A DNA stretch of 64,000 nt from Cladosporium halotolerans (taxonomy: Eukaryota), in NCBI RefSeq assembly GCF_011745625.1, contig NW_027191457.1, positions 806,001 to 870,000 on the forward strand, given 5' to 3'. Position numbers and translations under genes: made by a program. This document shows, piece after piece, positions 12,771-25,500 of this stretch; position 1 is the first letter of the stretch, and every line of letters starts with the position of its first letter. The notes beneath the pieces were generated by a model. It worked only from the letters and a program-made list of their open reading frames with translations. It did not search any database and had not been told where the DNA came from.

Positions 12771-14212
12771 ATGCCTGCACCCATCGCAACCTCAGCGCAC
12801 CCCTCTCGCAGCCCAACTCACCCTCCAACCCAAGGATCGAACTCAACAAACTCAACACCGCACACAAGCACCCAATACGAAGACCCCGAGCGCTTCCGAT
12901 CCTACGTCTCCAATATCAACTTCGACTTCGACACCAGAGAACGGCTCTTCGCGCAACGCACGGAGGTCCCTTATCCGTGCCCGGCCAGAGTCGTATCTCC
13001 GCAAGAACTGCAGAGGCGCGTAAGAGACCATGCTCCAAAGCGCGGGACTAGCCTCGGGAAGTTAGGTGGCGATGGGCCATGGGAGAGAGTTGACTCCGGT
13101 CCTGACTTTGTCGAAGAAGATGAGTGGGACGAAAATGATGCAGAGTCTGAGATGGAAGTTGAGTACGGGTACGAGGATGAGGAGATGGCCGACGATGAGA
13201 ACGAAGACGAATATTCAGTCGAGTACGATGAGCTTGACGACGACGAAGATGATAGCAGCGGCGACGATGACGACGACGATGATATGTCATCAGTCAAGCA
13301 TCAGGCGTCTCGCCAGCGCAGCCAGACGGCAAACAATCGCTCCACGCATGCCCCGGTGGAATCAATCGACTCCGAAGAGGAGCGTCAATCAGACGCCGAC
13401 TCTGACGAGCTATCTTCGGTGATGGAAGTTGATTCCGACGAAAGCGACTCAAACGACTGTATCGCCGTCGCTCCGCGAAGGACGCCACATCGGCCTGCTG
13501 GAAGCACTCAATTCAGTCCTGTAGAGATTGAGACAGACTCGGATGACAATGAGCACGCTGGCATCATTAAAGCCAAATCACCTGGTCACATTGCACCAGT
13601 ACCTTCAAACAACGCCGTCAAACGCCCCGACATGAGCTTCCTGAGGCTCCTTAAATTTAGCGTGGATCGATCTCAGCCGGGTCCGACTAGATTCAAGATA
13701 ATCTCACGCATTCCGACGAGGATGATCAGAACTCCATTCCCACTCGCAGACCTGCTCCCAGTAGGAAGGCAAAGAACGACGTCCCAGCAAGAAAGTGTGG
13801 CTTCGATAGGGTTTTCCTGACGTTTCTGGCTTCTCGCTTACGGAGACCTTGGGTGTCTGCGAGCGGAAACGGGAGATTCATATGTTTTCGAGAGGATGGT
13901 TTGAGAGCCATTCACCGCCGCACGCCTGCGTCTCACGTGAAGCGCACCAAGAACAACAACGAAGATGGCGACGCTGTGCTCATCGCAAGACGCAAAGGAT
14001 CTAAGCGACCAAGCAAGTCAAACCATCAGAGTTCTCCAGAGGAGCCAGCTGAGCCTGAGGACGATGAAAACAATGGAGGCAATGACGGCTCCGAAGCTGA
14101 CGGGGGAGCTCAATGTGTTCAAGATGCTCAAAACGAGCGGCGGGGTATCGATTCGTGCAGTGAATGGGAATATGGATCACAGGACGATATGGATGACGAT
14201 GACGAAGATTAG
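12771..14212 (+). CDS. Hypothetical acidic low-complexity protein split across two frames (intron near 13599-13690, or a frameshift)
   Basis: ORF 12771-13820 and a second acidic frame open 13691-14212; no recognisable domain. Confidence 0.5.
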
Positions 14213-14417
14213 GTCACGTGGGTTACTGGAGAGAGTAGTCTTCACGCTGTGGCTCGCATACATTCGCGTAGGAAACGAAAGCACAGGTCCTCTACTTGAA
14301 ATTGAATCAATGGAGAGAAAAGGAGAATCGAGGAGGAGGAGTAACGGAAGCAGACTTCGCTTCCACGTAATGGTCGTATCAATGCAATTCCCCTAGCGCC
14401 ACCCAGCGCTCACTCAC

Positions 14418-16515
14418 CTACTTTCCCTGCATCTTTCTAATCCTCTCCTCCGCCGCCCTCGCCCTCCTCTCTCTCTCCAACCTCATCCTCATCTCATCCG
14501 TCATACCCCTCGCATCCTCCATCCGCCTCTCCTCAGCAGTCATAGCCGGCTTCTGCATCAGCGTCCTGCCGGCCCCAAACTTCTCCTCCCGCCCTTGCTC
14601 AGCCTTCTCCTCGTCCGCCTTCCGCAACCTCTCGGTCTCCTTCTCCCGCCTCGCCTTCTCCGCCGCCTCCTCGGCCGCTTTCTCTTCCTTCTCGCGCGCT
14701 GTGCGCGCGTCCGCTTCGGCTTGCGAGAGCGCCGCGGGCACGTTGGCTGCGCTCCAGGACCAGCGGGTTTCGCCGAGCGTGGCGCGGGCGAGGCGGAAGG
14801 CGTCGCGGGTCGCGCGGTCGCCGGCGAGGTCAAAAGCGGGCTTGCCGTCTGCGTTCGGGAGGGTGGGGTCGCTGGATGCTTTTGTGAGGAGCGCGGAGAC
14901 GCACGCGGGGCTGTTGGAGGCTGCGGCGAGGTGGAGAGGGGTTGGCGCGTGGTGGTTTTGCTCTGGTGGGTGGAAACGGAAATTAGGGTCGAGGGAGTTG
15001 GTTTGCAGGTATTGGACGAGAGCGGGTGCCTTCGAGCGGCGGATGAGGGCTTGCAGTTGGGTGGTGTGAAGGAGGGCTTCTTCGTCTTGCTTCGAGGGTT
15101 TGGGGGGTTTGGAGGCGCTGGCTTGCTTGTTTGCCGCTTGCTGGGCTTGTGCTTGTGCTTTTGAGGCTGCTGCAGCGGCCTCTTCGGCTTCTCTGGCGAG
15201 AGCGGCTGGATCGATGGTGCGGACCTTGACACGAGTGAGTTCGACGAAGGCGCGCATCAGTTCGGACTGAGTGGCCCTGCGGGTGCTGAAGGGGAAGCCG
15301 CGCAGCCTGGGGTCCTTTGCTGTGAGGACCTGACCGTCGTATGGGCCAAAAAGAGTCCGCCTGTTGGTACTTCCTGTGGCACGAACGAAGACGAGCTCTG
15401 AGCTGTCGATCCATGGTTTCCATTCTGTCAGGAGGTCTCGCACTTCTTGCTCGAGAGCGCCTTCGTTGTAACGTCTGATGCTTGATCCAGCACTGTGCGC
15501 GTTGCCCTTCGAATTGTCATTGGCGGACTGTGAACCACCCTGTTTCCGTCGAGTCGTGTATCTGTGGAAAGTCTTATGCGCGATCACCGTAGCTGAGCGG
15601 TCTTCGACGCCAGCGCGTTTGACCAGCTTGGGTGTGAGCGAGACGAGCATGCCGGCGAAGTGCCCACCTCCGATCATACACAGAAAGTAGTGAGGTCCAG
15701 AAGCGCTTGTGTTCTGCTGGATCATGGATGCCGGTAGAGGCACCCCACCGTCGTCCTCGGTCTTTTCCTTTGCCTGCGGATTGGGAGGCGGCTTTGCGGC
15801 CAACTGCTTGTTCTGTATCGACTTGACCAGTGTGCTCTCACCATCTTCCTCATCCGCAGGCAGGACCGCGCGGTAAACGCCCAAAGTTGTGTTCTCCGGC
15901 AATTTGGGAGAGTCGAACCAAATCATAGGCGGCTTCCCTGCGCCCCTCTTCCTCTTCTTCACAGGTGCGTCGTCCGCATCACCGTCTGCAATCTTCGCTT
16001 GCTTCTTGAGCAAAGCGCTAAGTGTACTCTCCTTCGCCTTCGCATTGCCAAACTCTTCGTCTTCCTCGTCCTCGGAGTCCGAAGAGTCAGAGCCGGATAT
16101 ACTCTCGTCCAACTGACCGACCAAACGCTCAAACTCGGCTTCGTCTACGGGCTTGCGGCCGCGCATCTTCTGTTTCGTATTGTACGCATGGAGATCTGAG
16201 CGCACATGGCTCCTTTGGTCTTGCAGGGTCGGGAAGGTAAGGCCGCAGAGACCGCATGATGTCGCGTTGGAGGGGCCGTCTTGAGATTCGGTTGTTTGGG
16301 GTGCTGAGGGTGTCGTCTTCTCGGGTGTGGGCTCTTCGGGGACATTCGACGCTTGCGACCTGAGCTGTAATGTATAGAGCAGCTCTTCGGGTAGGTCAAA
16401 GACTGTCACATGTCAGCTACAAGCGCATGAAGATCATCGTTTGGATGGACGAGGCTCAAAGCTTACCATACAAAGGGCGCTGCAGCAGCTTGTCGAGATG
16501 CTGTTGTGCTGCCAT
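14418..16515 (-). CDS. VMS1: Vms1/ANKZF1 ribosome quality-control factor; intron 16403-16466
   Basis: C2H2 finger (CGLC...H...H), VLRF1 motif HKTFHRYTTRRKQGGSQS, ankyrin TPLHLAA, C-terminal RERRARAAEER. Exon 1 MAAQQHLDKLLQRPLY splices in frame. Confidence 0.95.
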
Positions 16516-16650
16516 CTTTGAATCCTCTTTTTTTCTTCTTTCCCAGCAGACTCGTGTGCCTGGCTGTTCCGTTGGCTGTCCAGCACACCTGACCGCTTTT
16601 CCACCTACAAGCGCGCGCGAGCGTTGCTCATTCACTTTTGCTCAGCGCGG

Positions 16651-16658
16651 TGACGTCA
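16651..16658. promoter_or_regulatory. CRE palindrome TGACGTCA (ATF/CREB-type bZIP site) upstream of VMS1
   Basis: Exact palindrome ~135 nt upstream of the VMS1 ATG; function not shown. Confidence 0.4.
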
Positions 16659-17175
16659 TCCATCCTTCACATGCAGTCAGCCCTACCGTGTTCCAGAGAC
16701 GATAACTCTTACCTCGACTAATAAGTAAAGGAAAACAATATTTGGCATCATGAAATGTACCATTTGCTCTACCGGCATTCGATGTCTTCTACGTTTCTAT
16801 TTCATGCCGTAATATAATCTTGATAGATGCTCTAGACGGGTCGTGGCTGCTAAGATGGTCGTCGTGTTGTGCTCCGCCAGCTTTACTATTGCGTTCAGGC
16901 GTACTGCGAGGTGACAACCTTTTTGCGTCCTTGTCCAAGATGGGATCACGTATGTGTCTTCATACAGGAAAGTGAACAGGATAGGGTACCGGATGCAGTA
17001 TTTGATGGCAATTGCAAGATCCAATGACATACGTCTGTCCGTATTCACCATCACTTACAAAAGTGGGGGCGTCACAATTGTATTCCAATAGGCACTTTAC
17101 ACATGCTCAGTATTTTTACGATGTTACCTGATACACATGCTTTGTGTCGACCGAATCTCACTGCTTGATCGGGCA

Positions 17176-17520
17176 TCACTCTCTTCGCCCTCCCGTCTTT
17201 TGCTTCTGCGCCTTCGCATCGTTGGCCGATTCCTTCCAACTCCCGGCGTAGTGGTGGGTAACCAGCACGGGACCTCGGTCTGTTGGAAACCCGGCTTGCG
17301 TGGCTGCAAATGCATTGTTGGGCAAGATCATCACATCGCCAACAAGGCGTGGCTCCTTGGCACCAAATGTCATCCGATCGTCGACGAGTTGATTCAGGTG
17401 TTCGCTGAGCGACACCAGGACAGCCATGGTCATCCTTTTCGGGCCGGCGATGTTCACGACATATCTGAGCCAGTCCGCATTCTCAACGAACTGATTGGCC
17501 TCGACGACGTACTTGAGCCA
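17176..17520 (-). pseudogene. C-terminal fragment of an OCH1-like (GT32) mannosyltransferase
   Basis: VVNIAGPKRMT...EPRLVGDVMILPNNAFAA...PVLVTHHYAGSWK resembles the Och1/Hoc1-family C-terminus; no DxD-containing N-terminal part found upstream. Confidence 0.65.
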
Positions 17521-18410
17521 GCTGGTCTTTGCGCGTCTCGTCATGTCTGAACGGTACACCGTCATTATTGAATTGTCGGAGAGGATCTCCAGAGTGACAG
17601 TCGAGACACCGTCTACCCGGCGACCTCAGGTGTCTGTATCAGCTATGCTTATCTTATCATGGAACTTATTATTAGTGAGTATGCAGCGTCTAATGCCTCC
17701 ACGGACTGTCGAGGTGCCATAGATAGCACACCCCTCATTTGATTGCCGTATCAGCGAGAACCAGCTTCAGTTCCTTACTCAGCCTTGTCCAAGAGCGATG
17801 TTGCCGATATATTCGCTCTGCGATGGTGTAGATGCTTGCGCATGAAAGGAGCAAGGAGGCTGACGCCGGCAGGCCCCTCGGCTGACCTTCACTTTGAACC
17901 GATTGGTATTTTCTCAGGGCAGTGTTAGGGTTATGATGCAAACGATAGATTTCCACTCGAGACTGGGTATGCGAGTTGCTGGGGCTGGCTTCAGATACCT
18001 TTCTTACTCAAAATCGTAGTAGCAGGATAGGATGTTATTGTATTACACAGTATTATTATCAAGGCATGCTGTCTTAAGACTCCACGTCATGCGCGCTTGC
18101 CAACATGACAAGCACGCGCCAAGCAGAACCCTGATGGTCGCTGCATGCTACGCGACTCGGTAGACTTCACTTTCATTCAACGCCATCCTTGACCGACTTC
18201 TATCTGTACCATATCCGTAATCCTGTCGTTGGAGCCTATCAGTTCCTTACTGTGGATCGCTGGTCGGCCCAACCTGCTCTGGGAACGAGACTACCACGAC
18301 CACACGTGATTGGGTTACATTCCGGCCTCGCCAAAAGACACGGTTGCCTGGAAAACCCTTCATGAAGTAAGGCGATAGTCGACAATACCACAGAAGCACA
18401 GTCAGACACT

Positions 18411-20009
18411 ATGGTGCTCTCAAACGACGAGCGAGGATGGATCATGACCATCCTCAGCGGGATCGCGTGTATCCTGGGGGCCTCCGTTATCTGCGTCGAC
18501 ATTCTAATCCGTCAGTTCCCGGGAAAGCGCGATTTCAGGATCCAGGACAGCGACACCTTCTTATCCATGTCGCTGAGTCTGAGTTTTGGTGTCATGCTGT
18601 TTTCAGCGCTGTACAGCATGCTCCCTTCGGCGAAGAAGTCTCTGCAGGAAGGCGGCTTCACACCCAAGGAGGCAGCGTGGATCTTGATAGTGTGCTTCCT
18701 CGGCGGTGTCGTTGGCATCCAGGTCATTTCGAGGGTACTACACCATTATATGCCATCGCACGTGGTCGACTGTGAGCACAGTCATGAGGAAGAGGGCCCC
18801 AAGGAAGACGTTGAGGCCCACGGTCACGCTCATTCGGTGGCAAATCGACCTGGACGATCGAGAACAAACTCACTTCCTGGACACACCCCTCTAGGACCGA
18901 AACAGAAGACCTCCATGCCAAGGCAACACTCACACTTCGGAGCGAACACACCTGAAGCATCACCTAAGCCTATGGCAGAGACGGAGTCAAATGGAGAAAG
19001 AATGAGCAAGAGGCCCTCCGAGCCACCTCGGAGACCCTCTTTACAGCAGAGACTCACAGCCGGGATCTCGCAATTAACATCCCGGCCTAAGCCGAAATGC
19101 GATTGCGACGCCCCCTGCTATGGGTTCAGCGATGTGTGCGGGTCTGAGTGTTTCAAGAACGTGAGTGCCAACGGAGGAGCACGTGGTCCCACAAAGCCTG
19201 CCACTGTGAGCACACGGCCTTCCATCAACAAATCAGCAACAGCCACTACCATTAACCCCATGACGGAAACCACGCCTCTCCTGCACAACATCACCGAAGA
19301 GCCGCGCCGTACCTCTCCTCCTGCCCGGGACGCCTCGGAAACAGCAGCAGCCAACGGGCAAACCTTCTCCGACCCTTTCAACAACAACAGCGCAAGCACC
19401 AACAACACCAGCAGCTCCACCTCCACAACCCTCACGCCCAACGCCTCCCACTCCCACTCACACTCCCACGACTCCTCCCACGACCCCGCGCACGACCCCT
19501 CCCACAAACCCGACCACCACCACCACGTCCCGCAAAACGCCTTCCTCTCCATCGGCCTGCAAACCTCCCTCGCCATCGCCCTGCACAAGCTCCCCGAAGG
19601 CTTCATAACCTACGCGACGAACCACGCGAACCCCACCCTCGGCGTCGCCGTATTCCTCGCCCTCTTCATCCACAACATCACCGAGGGCTTCGCCATGGCG
19701 CTCCCACTCTACCTGGCCCTCAACTCGCGCAGTAAAGCGATGGCGACGTCCTTCGTGCTCGGCGGCCTGTCGCAGCCCGTCGGCGCGGGCGTCGCGGCGC
19801 TGTGGTTCCGCGTCGCGGGCGACGGGCAGTGGGCGCCGCGCGAGGGGGTTTACGGCGGGATGTTTGCGGTGACGGCGGGGATCATGGCCAGCGTCGCGCT
19901 GCAGTTGTTCAGTGAGAGTTTGGACCTGACGCATAGTCGCGGGTTGTGTATGGTGGGAGCGTTCTTGGGAATGGGGGTGCTGGGGGTGTCGAGTGCGCTG
20001 ACTGCTTGA
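18411..20009 (+). CDS. ZIP-family zinc/iron transporter (Zrt3-like)
   Basis: Hydrophobic N-terminal helices, His-rich loop, IALHKLPEG and IHNITEG signatures; 532 aa, intronless. Confidence 0.92.
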   Translation: MVLSNDERGWIMTILSGIACILGASVICVDILIRQFPGKRDFRIQDSDTFLSMSLSLSFGVMLFSALYSMLPSAKKSLQEGGFTPKEAAWILIVCFLGGVVGIQVISRVLHHYMPSHVVDCEHSHEEEGPKEDVEAHGHAHSVANRPGRSRTNSLPGHTPLGPKQKTSMPRQHSHFGANTPEASPKPMAETESNGERMSKRPSEPPRRPSLQQRLTAGISQLTSRPKPKCDCDAPCYGFSDVCGSECFKNVSANGGARGPTKPATVSTRPSINKSATATTINPMTETTPLLHNITEEPRRTSPPARDASETAAANGQTFSDPFNNNSASTNNTSSSTSTTLTPNASHSHSHSHDSSHDPAHDPSHKPDHHHHVPQNAFLSIGLQTSLAIALHKLPEGFITYATNHANPTLGVAVFLALFIHNITEGFAMALPLYLALNSRSKAMATSFVLGGLSQPVGAGVAALWFRVAGDGQWAPREGVYGGMFAVTAGIMASVALQLFSESLDLTHSRGLCMVGAFLGMGVLGVSSALTA

Positions 20010-20367
20010 GGGGTTGAGAGGTTTTCCCTCGACATCTGCCACAGACGTGGTAGAAGGAGGATATACTTTTGGGATGGCGTGAAGAGGAGGCTGCACGCGT
20101 GCATGACGCGGTAGGGTAGACTGTTGGAGTGCATTTGGACTTGCGGCATTTCTTGCATTTCAACAGGGCGGGACGCTCATTTGAGGTTCTTAGATTTCCT
20201 TGTTTAATCTACCATGCATTTGGCTTGAGAACTTTTGGACTCTTCGTGAGACAACATCTTTTGGGAAACAGAGCATTGCAGAAAGTGGCTTTGATTGAGA
20301 AGCAGGAGCCTCCAGGGTATTATTCATCATCCTATCCTGCATGCTATTCCAATCCCGCGCACACGTT

Positions 20368-21392
20368 CTAGGCGAAGATGGGGACGTTGATGCCGTACTA
20401 CACGAATCAGTCAGCAAAAGATCCAATATTTCTCCACTCTTGCACGGAAGAAAACTCACGTTCGTAGGGTTGTTGAACCTCAGCCCCTTATCCAGCCCGT
20501 TGATCTTCTCGATCTCCTCCTTGGTCAGATCGAAGCTGCACACGTCCAGGTTCTGCGCCAGGCGCGCCTGGTTGTTGCTCTTGGGGATGACGGCGACGCC
20601 GCGCTGCGTGCTCCAGCGCAGCAGGACCTGCGCGGGCGACTTGCCGTGCGCGTCGGCGATGGACTTGATCGCGTCGTGCTCGAAGAGCAGCGGCGTGTCG
20701 TGCGCCTTCTGCATGTTCAGCTCGAGGAAGGACAGCGGGCCGAAGGAGCTGTAGGCCGTCACGGCGATGCCGCGCTCCTTGCAGAGCTTGAGGAGGGGCT
20801 CCTGGGTGAGGTAGGGGTGGTGCTCGATCTGCAGGGCCTGCGGGAGGTGCTTGGCGTAGCGGAAGAGGTCGAGCAGCAGCGCACCGTTGTAGTTGCTGAT
20901 GCCGATGGACTTGATGAGGCCGGCGTCGTAGAGCTCCTCCATGGCGTGGTAGGTCTCCTCGAGCGTGGCGGAGCCGAGCTCGAGCTCGTCCTTCTCGTTG
21001 AAGAAGCCCGGCGGGTAGCGCACGGAGGGATCGACGTACTTGAGAGCGATGGGGAAGTGGATGACGAACAGGTCGAAGTAGTCGACGCCCCAGTCGGCCA
21101 GCTGCTTCTTGCAGATGGGCCCGACGCGCTCCTTGTCGTGGAAGGAGTTCCACAGCTTCGAGACGATGAACAGGTCCTCGCGCTTCACGATGCCCTCGTC
21201 GATGGCGCGCTTGACGCCCTGCCCGGCCTCGACCTCGTTGCCGTAGTCGCAGGCGCCGTCGAACAGGCGGTAGCCGGTCTTGATGGCGTTGTAGACCTGG
21301 TCGGCGCAGGTGTCGTTGTTGACCTTCCACAGGCCGAAGCCGACAATGGGCATCTCGCGGCCATTGTTGAGCTTGACGTTGGGGGCGGACAT
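20368..21392 (-). CDS. XYL1: NAD(P)H-dependent D-xylose reductase (aldo-keto reductase); intron 20398-20459
   Basis: [28 protein letters not shown] and IPKS motifs; [15 protein letters not shown] after splicing; strong C/G third-position bias. Confidence 0.95.
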
Positions 21393-21848
21393 TTTGGCGG
21401 CGGTAGCGAGGTGTCTGGTAATGTTCTGCTGTCTTGTGGGAGTGATGGGCGCTGGTCGTAGGTGGTTGGTGACGAGAGCAGTACGCCTTATGGGAGCGTG
21501 GGAGTGAGGACGGAGGGAGGAGAGGACGGCAGATCTGAGCGAAATAATAAGCAAGCGATCAGCAGTGAACCAAGGCGGCGGCGGGAATTGTTTCTTATAG
21601 GCACGGCGGAGAGTTTGTTCTAGACCCGAAAGGAGCCTTACCTGAAGAGCGGGATGGAGGTGTTTGGTGGCATGGCGCGACAGGCAGAGGCTCACGCGCA
21701 CGCAGCAAAAGGCCCGTTTCTGCCGCCGGCAACGGCGCGTGGCGTGGTATTATGTAGTGCATGGCCGTGCCGGGTGATTGCGCCGTGGGTCTATACCTCG
21801 ATTGTCTGGCGGGAGCTGCGCAAGACCAAGGGCACGGCGATGGCCAAG

Positions 21849-21980
21849 GTGGGGCGACTCCCCGCGACCCCACCATCCGCCTCTCCATTGGAGTCGCGCG
21901 CACATTCAGGCGGCACACGGCGGGTAAAATGCAACCTCAGACTTAGGGTTTGCTGTTTTGCCTGCGCACGGAAGGGCTAG
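21849..21980. promoter_or_regulatory. Clustered CreA (SYGGRG x3) and XlnR (CGGNTAAW, GGCTAG) motifs upstream of xylose reductase
   Basis: GTGGGG 21849, CCCCGC 21860, CCCCAC 21868, CGGGTAAA 21921, GGCTAG 21975; TATA-like TATAAG on the minus strand at 21599-21594. Confidence 0.55.
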
Positions 21981-22567
21981 GTACCACGCGGTGCGCCGCT
22001 GGGATGCATCGATTGCCGACTCTGCAGGGCATTTGAGTGGCGCAAAAGTACTTTGGACGAGTTTCAGGAACAGGCTGAGTCGGGTCAAACGAGGCCGAGG
22101 ATGTCAATCATTCAATTAGGACGCACTATTATCCGGTGCTGTCATCAGGGTTATGCTATGTATGCTTTCGTGGTAGTTATGCTTCCCATGCAAACAGTTA
22201 ATCAGAGGCTACTGCTCATTGCATGATCAGTTCTTCGGAACCGTCAATGCAGCCTCGCAGTCTTCTCGTCAGTTTCCATCATCCAAGCCTTTCCGCAGCT
22301 TGTTCATCCATTTCTATACCATTTCCCAAAAAAAGAAAGAAGCAAACAATTGTTACAACAAAAGAGCCGCCAAACGAACCACCTCCTTCGAGTTCGAGAC
22401 AAATGCTCGTCAGTCAACGTTACAACGAACCCACCTGTTGCGCTGTCGATGAGCGCGATAGCATCCAAAGAGTCGGAGACGTCACCTTTTCCAGCGCTGA
22501 GAGATACTCGATTACCTTAGAGGTTGTCGTCAAAGCCTTTCTGTCCAGCTTAATGATATGGATCAGG

Positions 22568-25500
22568 CTATCCATGACGATCCTCAGGAGCGAAAGCGGT
22601 AGGTGAAAGGGACTCACTGTTTCCCGGACCCGAGTTTGGCGTGGACGGACTTGGCTCGCTGCTGCGCTGGTTGAACATCGCGCGCACTTGAGCCTCCAAG
22701 CGCTGCTGGATGCGCTCCTCGAGTTGAGCGAGGGCGGCCTGGTGAGACCCTGTCTGCTGGTCTTGCATACCTTGGAGCATAGACATGATTTGCTCCAGCT
22801 TGTCCGTGCTCGGCCTGTTCCTCAAATCGTGCTGTGGAGCCTCACCATAAGATGCAATACCAGTATCAATAGGAGCCGGAATACGACCCTGCCTCTGCGG
22901 CCCCGGAACAGCAGCGACATGCGAAGTGCCCGCATGGTAAGCAACACGCGCAGCTCTGCGGTCGTATCTGTTCGGCGGTGAGAGAACATCAGCCTGGGGT
23001 ACAACCGGATCGCCAACAACCGGCGACAAGCCGTGACTGAACGTCGCCTGCTCCGGCCCCGAACCAATCTGCGGACTGCCCGCATGAAACGCCGTCCTCG
23101 CAGCCTGGCGGTCGAACTTGCTCGGCTTCGGCTGCTGCTCCTCAACGCTCTGCGCAGCTGCGACTGGGGACGGGCTGCGCTCGAAACTCGGCGCAATCTC
23201 AGTGCACATGACCGGCGACAAGCTGCGTGCGCCACCCCTAGACAGGTCCTGCTGCGGCCAAGCGGGACTCAGCGTGATCGTTGGCGTTGGAGTAGTTGTG
23301 CCAGAAGCTGGTGATGTGCCGCGCGCATACTTCACGGGCTCCGGAGTGCCGAGACTAGAATCCAGCGTCGAAACAGCGCTGCGCACATTCTGTGACAGTG
23401 ACGGGCGGCCGTCGAAGGGCCTGTCGGCGTAGCGGGCTCTGTGCGAAGAGCCCATGCTGGGAGCCGAAGTGGACAGCTGTGGCTGGGGTTGGGACATGGT
23501 GTCTTGAGCCAAAGCGTGCTTGGTCACTGGCAACCCTGTGCTCCTATGGCTCTCGATGCGTCCACGGCTGCGCGACGGCGTAGTCGTCGTCTCACCGCGT
23601 GCCGCCATAGCCTGATCCAGCGCCTTCGCTTTCGGCGGCGTGTACGCCACAGCGGGCAAAATGTCCAGCGGCGAGGGAGCCGCGCTCGGGTGCTCGAAAG
23701 TCGGACGCGAGAGGGACGGAGCGGTGTCGAGCGGGTTGGTCTTCGTTTTCGAGGCCGAGGGGCTGGAGCGGTGGGTTGGCGAGCTCCTCTTTGGCGGGCT
23801 CGTGCGGCGCTCGTGGGCGAGGTTGCTCCTTGAGGACGCTCTAGTGTGGGAGCTGGCGCGATGGTAAGTGCTGGACACCTGTCTACTGCTCTCCCTAGCG
23901 GGGATGACTAAGTTCGTCCTCGAGGGATCCGACGCGAGATCCGGGTACACGAGCGGGATGGTGCCCTCGGTGGAAGAACTGTATTTTGTGTTGAAAGAAG
24001 CCTTCGCAGACGTCGGGTGGTACTGTGAGCGGAGCGAAGGTGAGCGCTTGATGACATTGCTTGGAGAAGGCGACGCGCGGCCGCTGAGCTCGGCCCTAGT
24101 GCTCCAGCAGTCTTCGGAGTAGATGCTCGGAGAGTAGTAGGTGATCTTCGGGTCGCGGTTGCAGACGCCTTCGGGCAGCTTGGTGAGGCCCTCGAGGCCG
24201 AGACCGTCGGTGCGCTTTTTCATTTCTTGCAGCGAATATTGCTCTTCGAGGTCGGGGTAGAAGGACGCGTGCATGGAGTAGACGCTGGGCTGCTTGACGA
24301 GCCTGGGGACGTCTTTGTGTGCATAGCCGCCTGTCTTGGTCGGGCTGACTCGGCCGTCGACGCCCTTGAGCTTGACGGTCTGGCGGGTAGGAGTCTCTTC
24401 TTCATCTTCGTCTTCAAAGATGTGTTGGTGGAGCGGTGACGGAAGCTTGGAGGAAGGCTTGTGCTGAGCCATGTGCTCCCGTGGCGTGAGCTTGCGGGTG
24501 ACTTCTTTGATGCGCCGCTCCGCGCTCTGCTGATGATGCTCCATGATTCTACGAGACTCTTCTTGGGCCTTGAGCTCCTTCTCATGCGGCGGAGTATTTT
24601 TAGCTGGTGGAGTCGGAGGCGCGGCGCGGTCGAAGTACTGCAGGCTCTGGGTGCGAGCGACGCCGCAGGTGCTGTTATCTTTCTTCTGGTGAGCGCTAAC
24701 GCCACCCGCATCTGAGTGCGTCTCGGAAAATGCTCGCTTCTCCTTCACCTGCCGATCGTAAGACGGATCGGAGAAAGCAGTATGAGCAGTCTTAGGAGTC
24801 TTGTTGGAAGATTCCAGAGAATGAGCGGTGCGAGCGCTGGCTGACAGCGCGCTGCGAGCCTCACTGTCACCCGACCTGCGAGAAAGACTAGACTTGAAGC
24901 CGTCGAAGTGAGACTGCTCAGTCGTGATGCGGGAGAAAAGACCCTTCCTCTTGGAGGGCGAACGGGCGACGTTGGACTTGTGAGGTGAACTGCCCAGGAC
25001 CGCTTTTGGCTTCGGTGGGAGTGACTCTCCGCCACCGTAGCCGCGGCCTACTGCGGGCGAGGAGGTGGTACCTGTATTGTTATTGTTACTAGAGCGAGGG
25101 ATACTTGCCTTCAACTTCTCAAAAAGGCCCTTCTTGGGGCTCTTGGTCTGGTCACTGCTGCTGAGGCTCCAGTCGAGGACGCCGCCTCTCTTCTTCTTAT
25201 TAGGTGTTGCCTCTGTGTGACCGACCGACTTGCTGAATTCGGAAGTGCCGAGCTTGGGCGTGTACTTGTAAGTGCGGACAGGGGTGTGCTCTGTGTCAGT
25301 GCCAGATGCCTCGTGAATGTGTTGCTCACGTTCGTCCTCGATGATGCCGCGCCCGGTCGGGTGGGACTCGTCGCATTCTTCGGGGACTAGCTTGAGCGGA
25401 GGAGTGGGTGGAGGAGGGGGTGCCAGGTAATCAACATTGACGAACGGCGACAGGGTGGTGACACCGGAGTCACGTGTTGTGGTCATGTTGGAAGGGCTTT

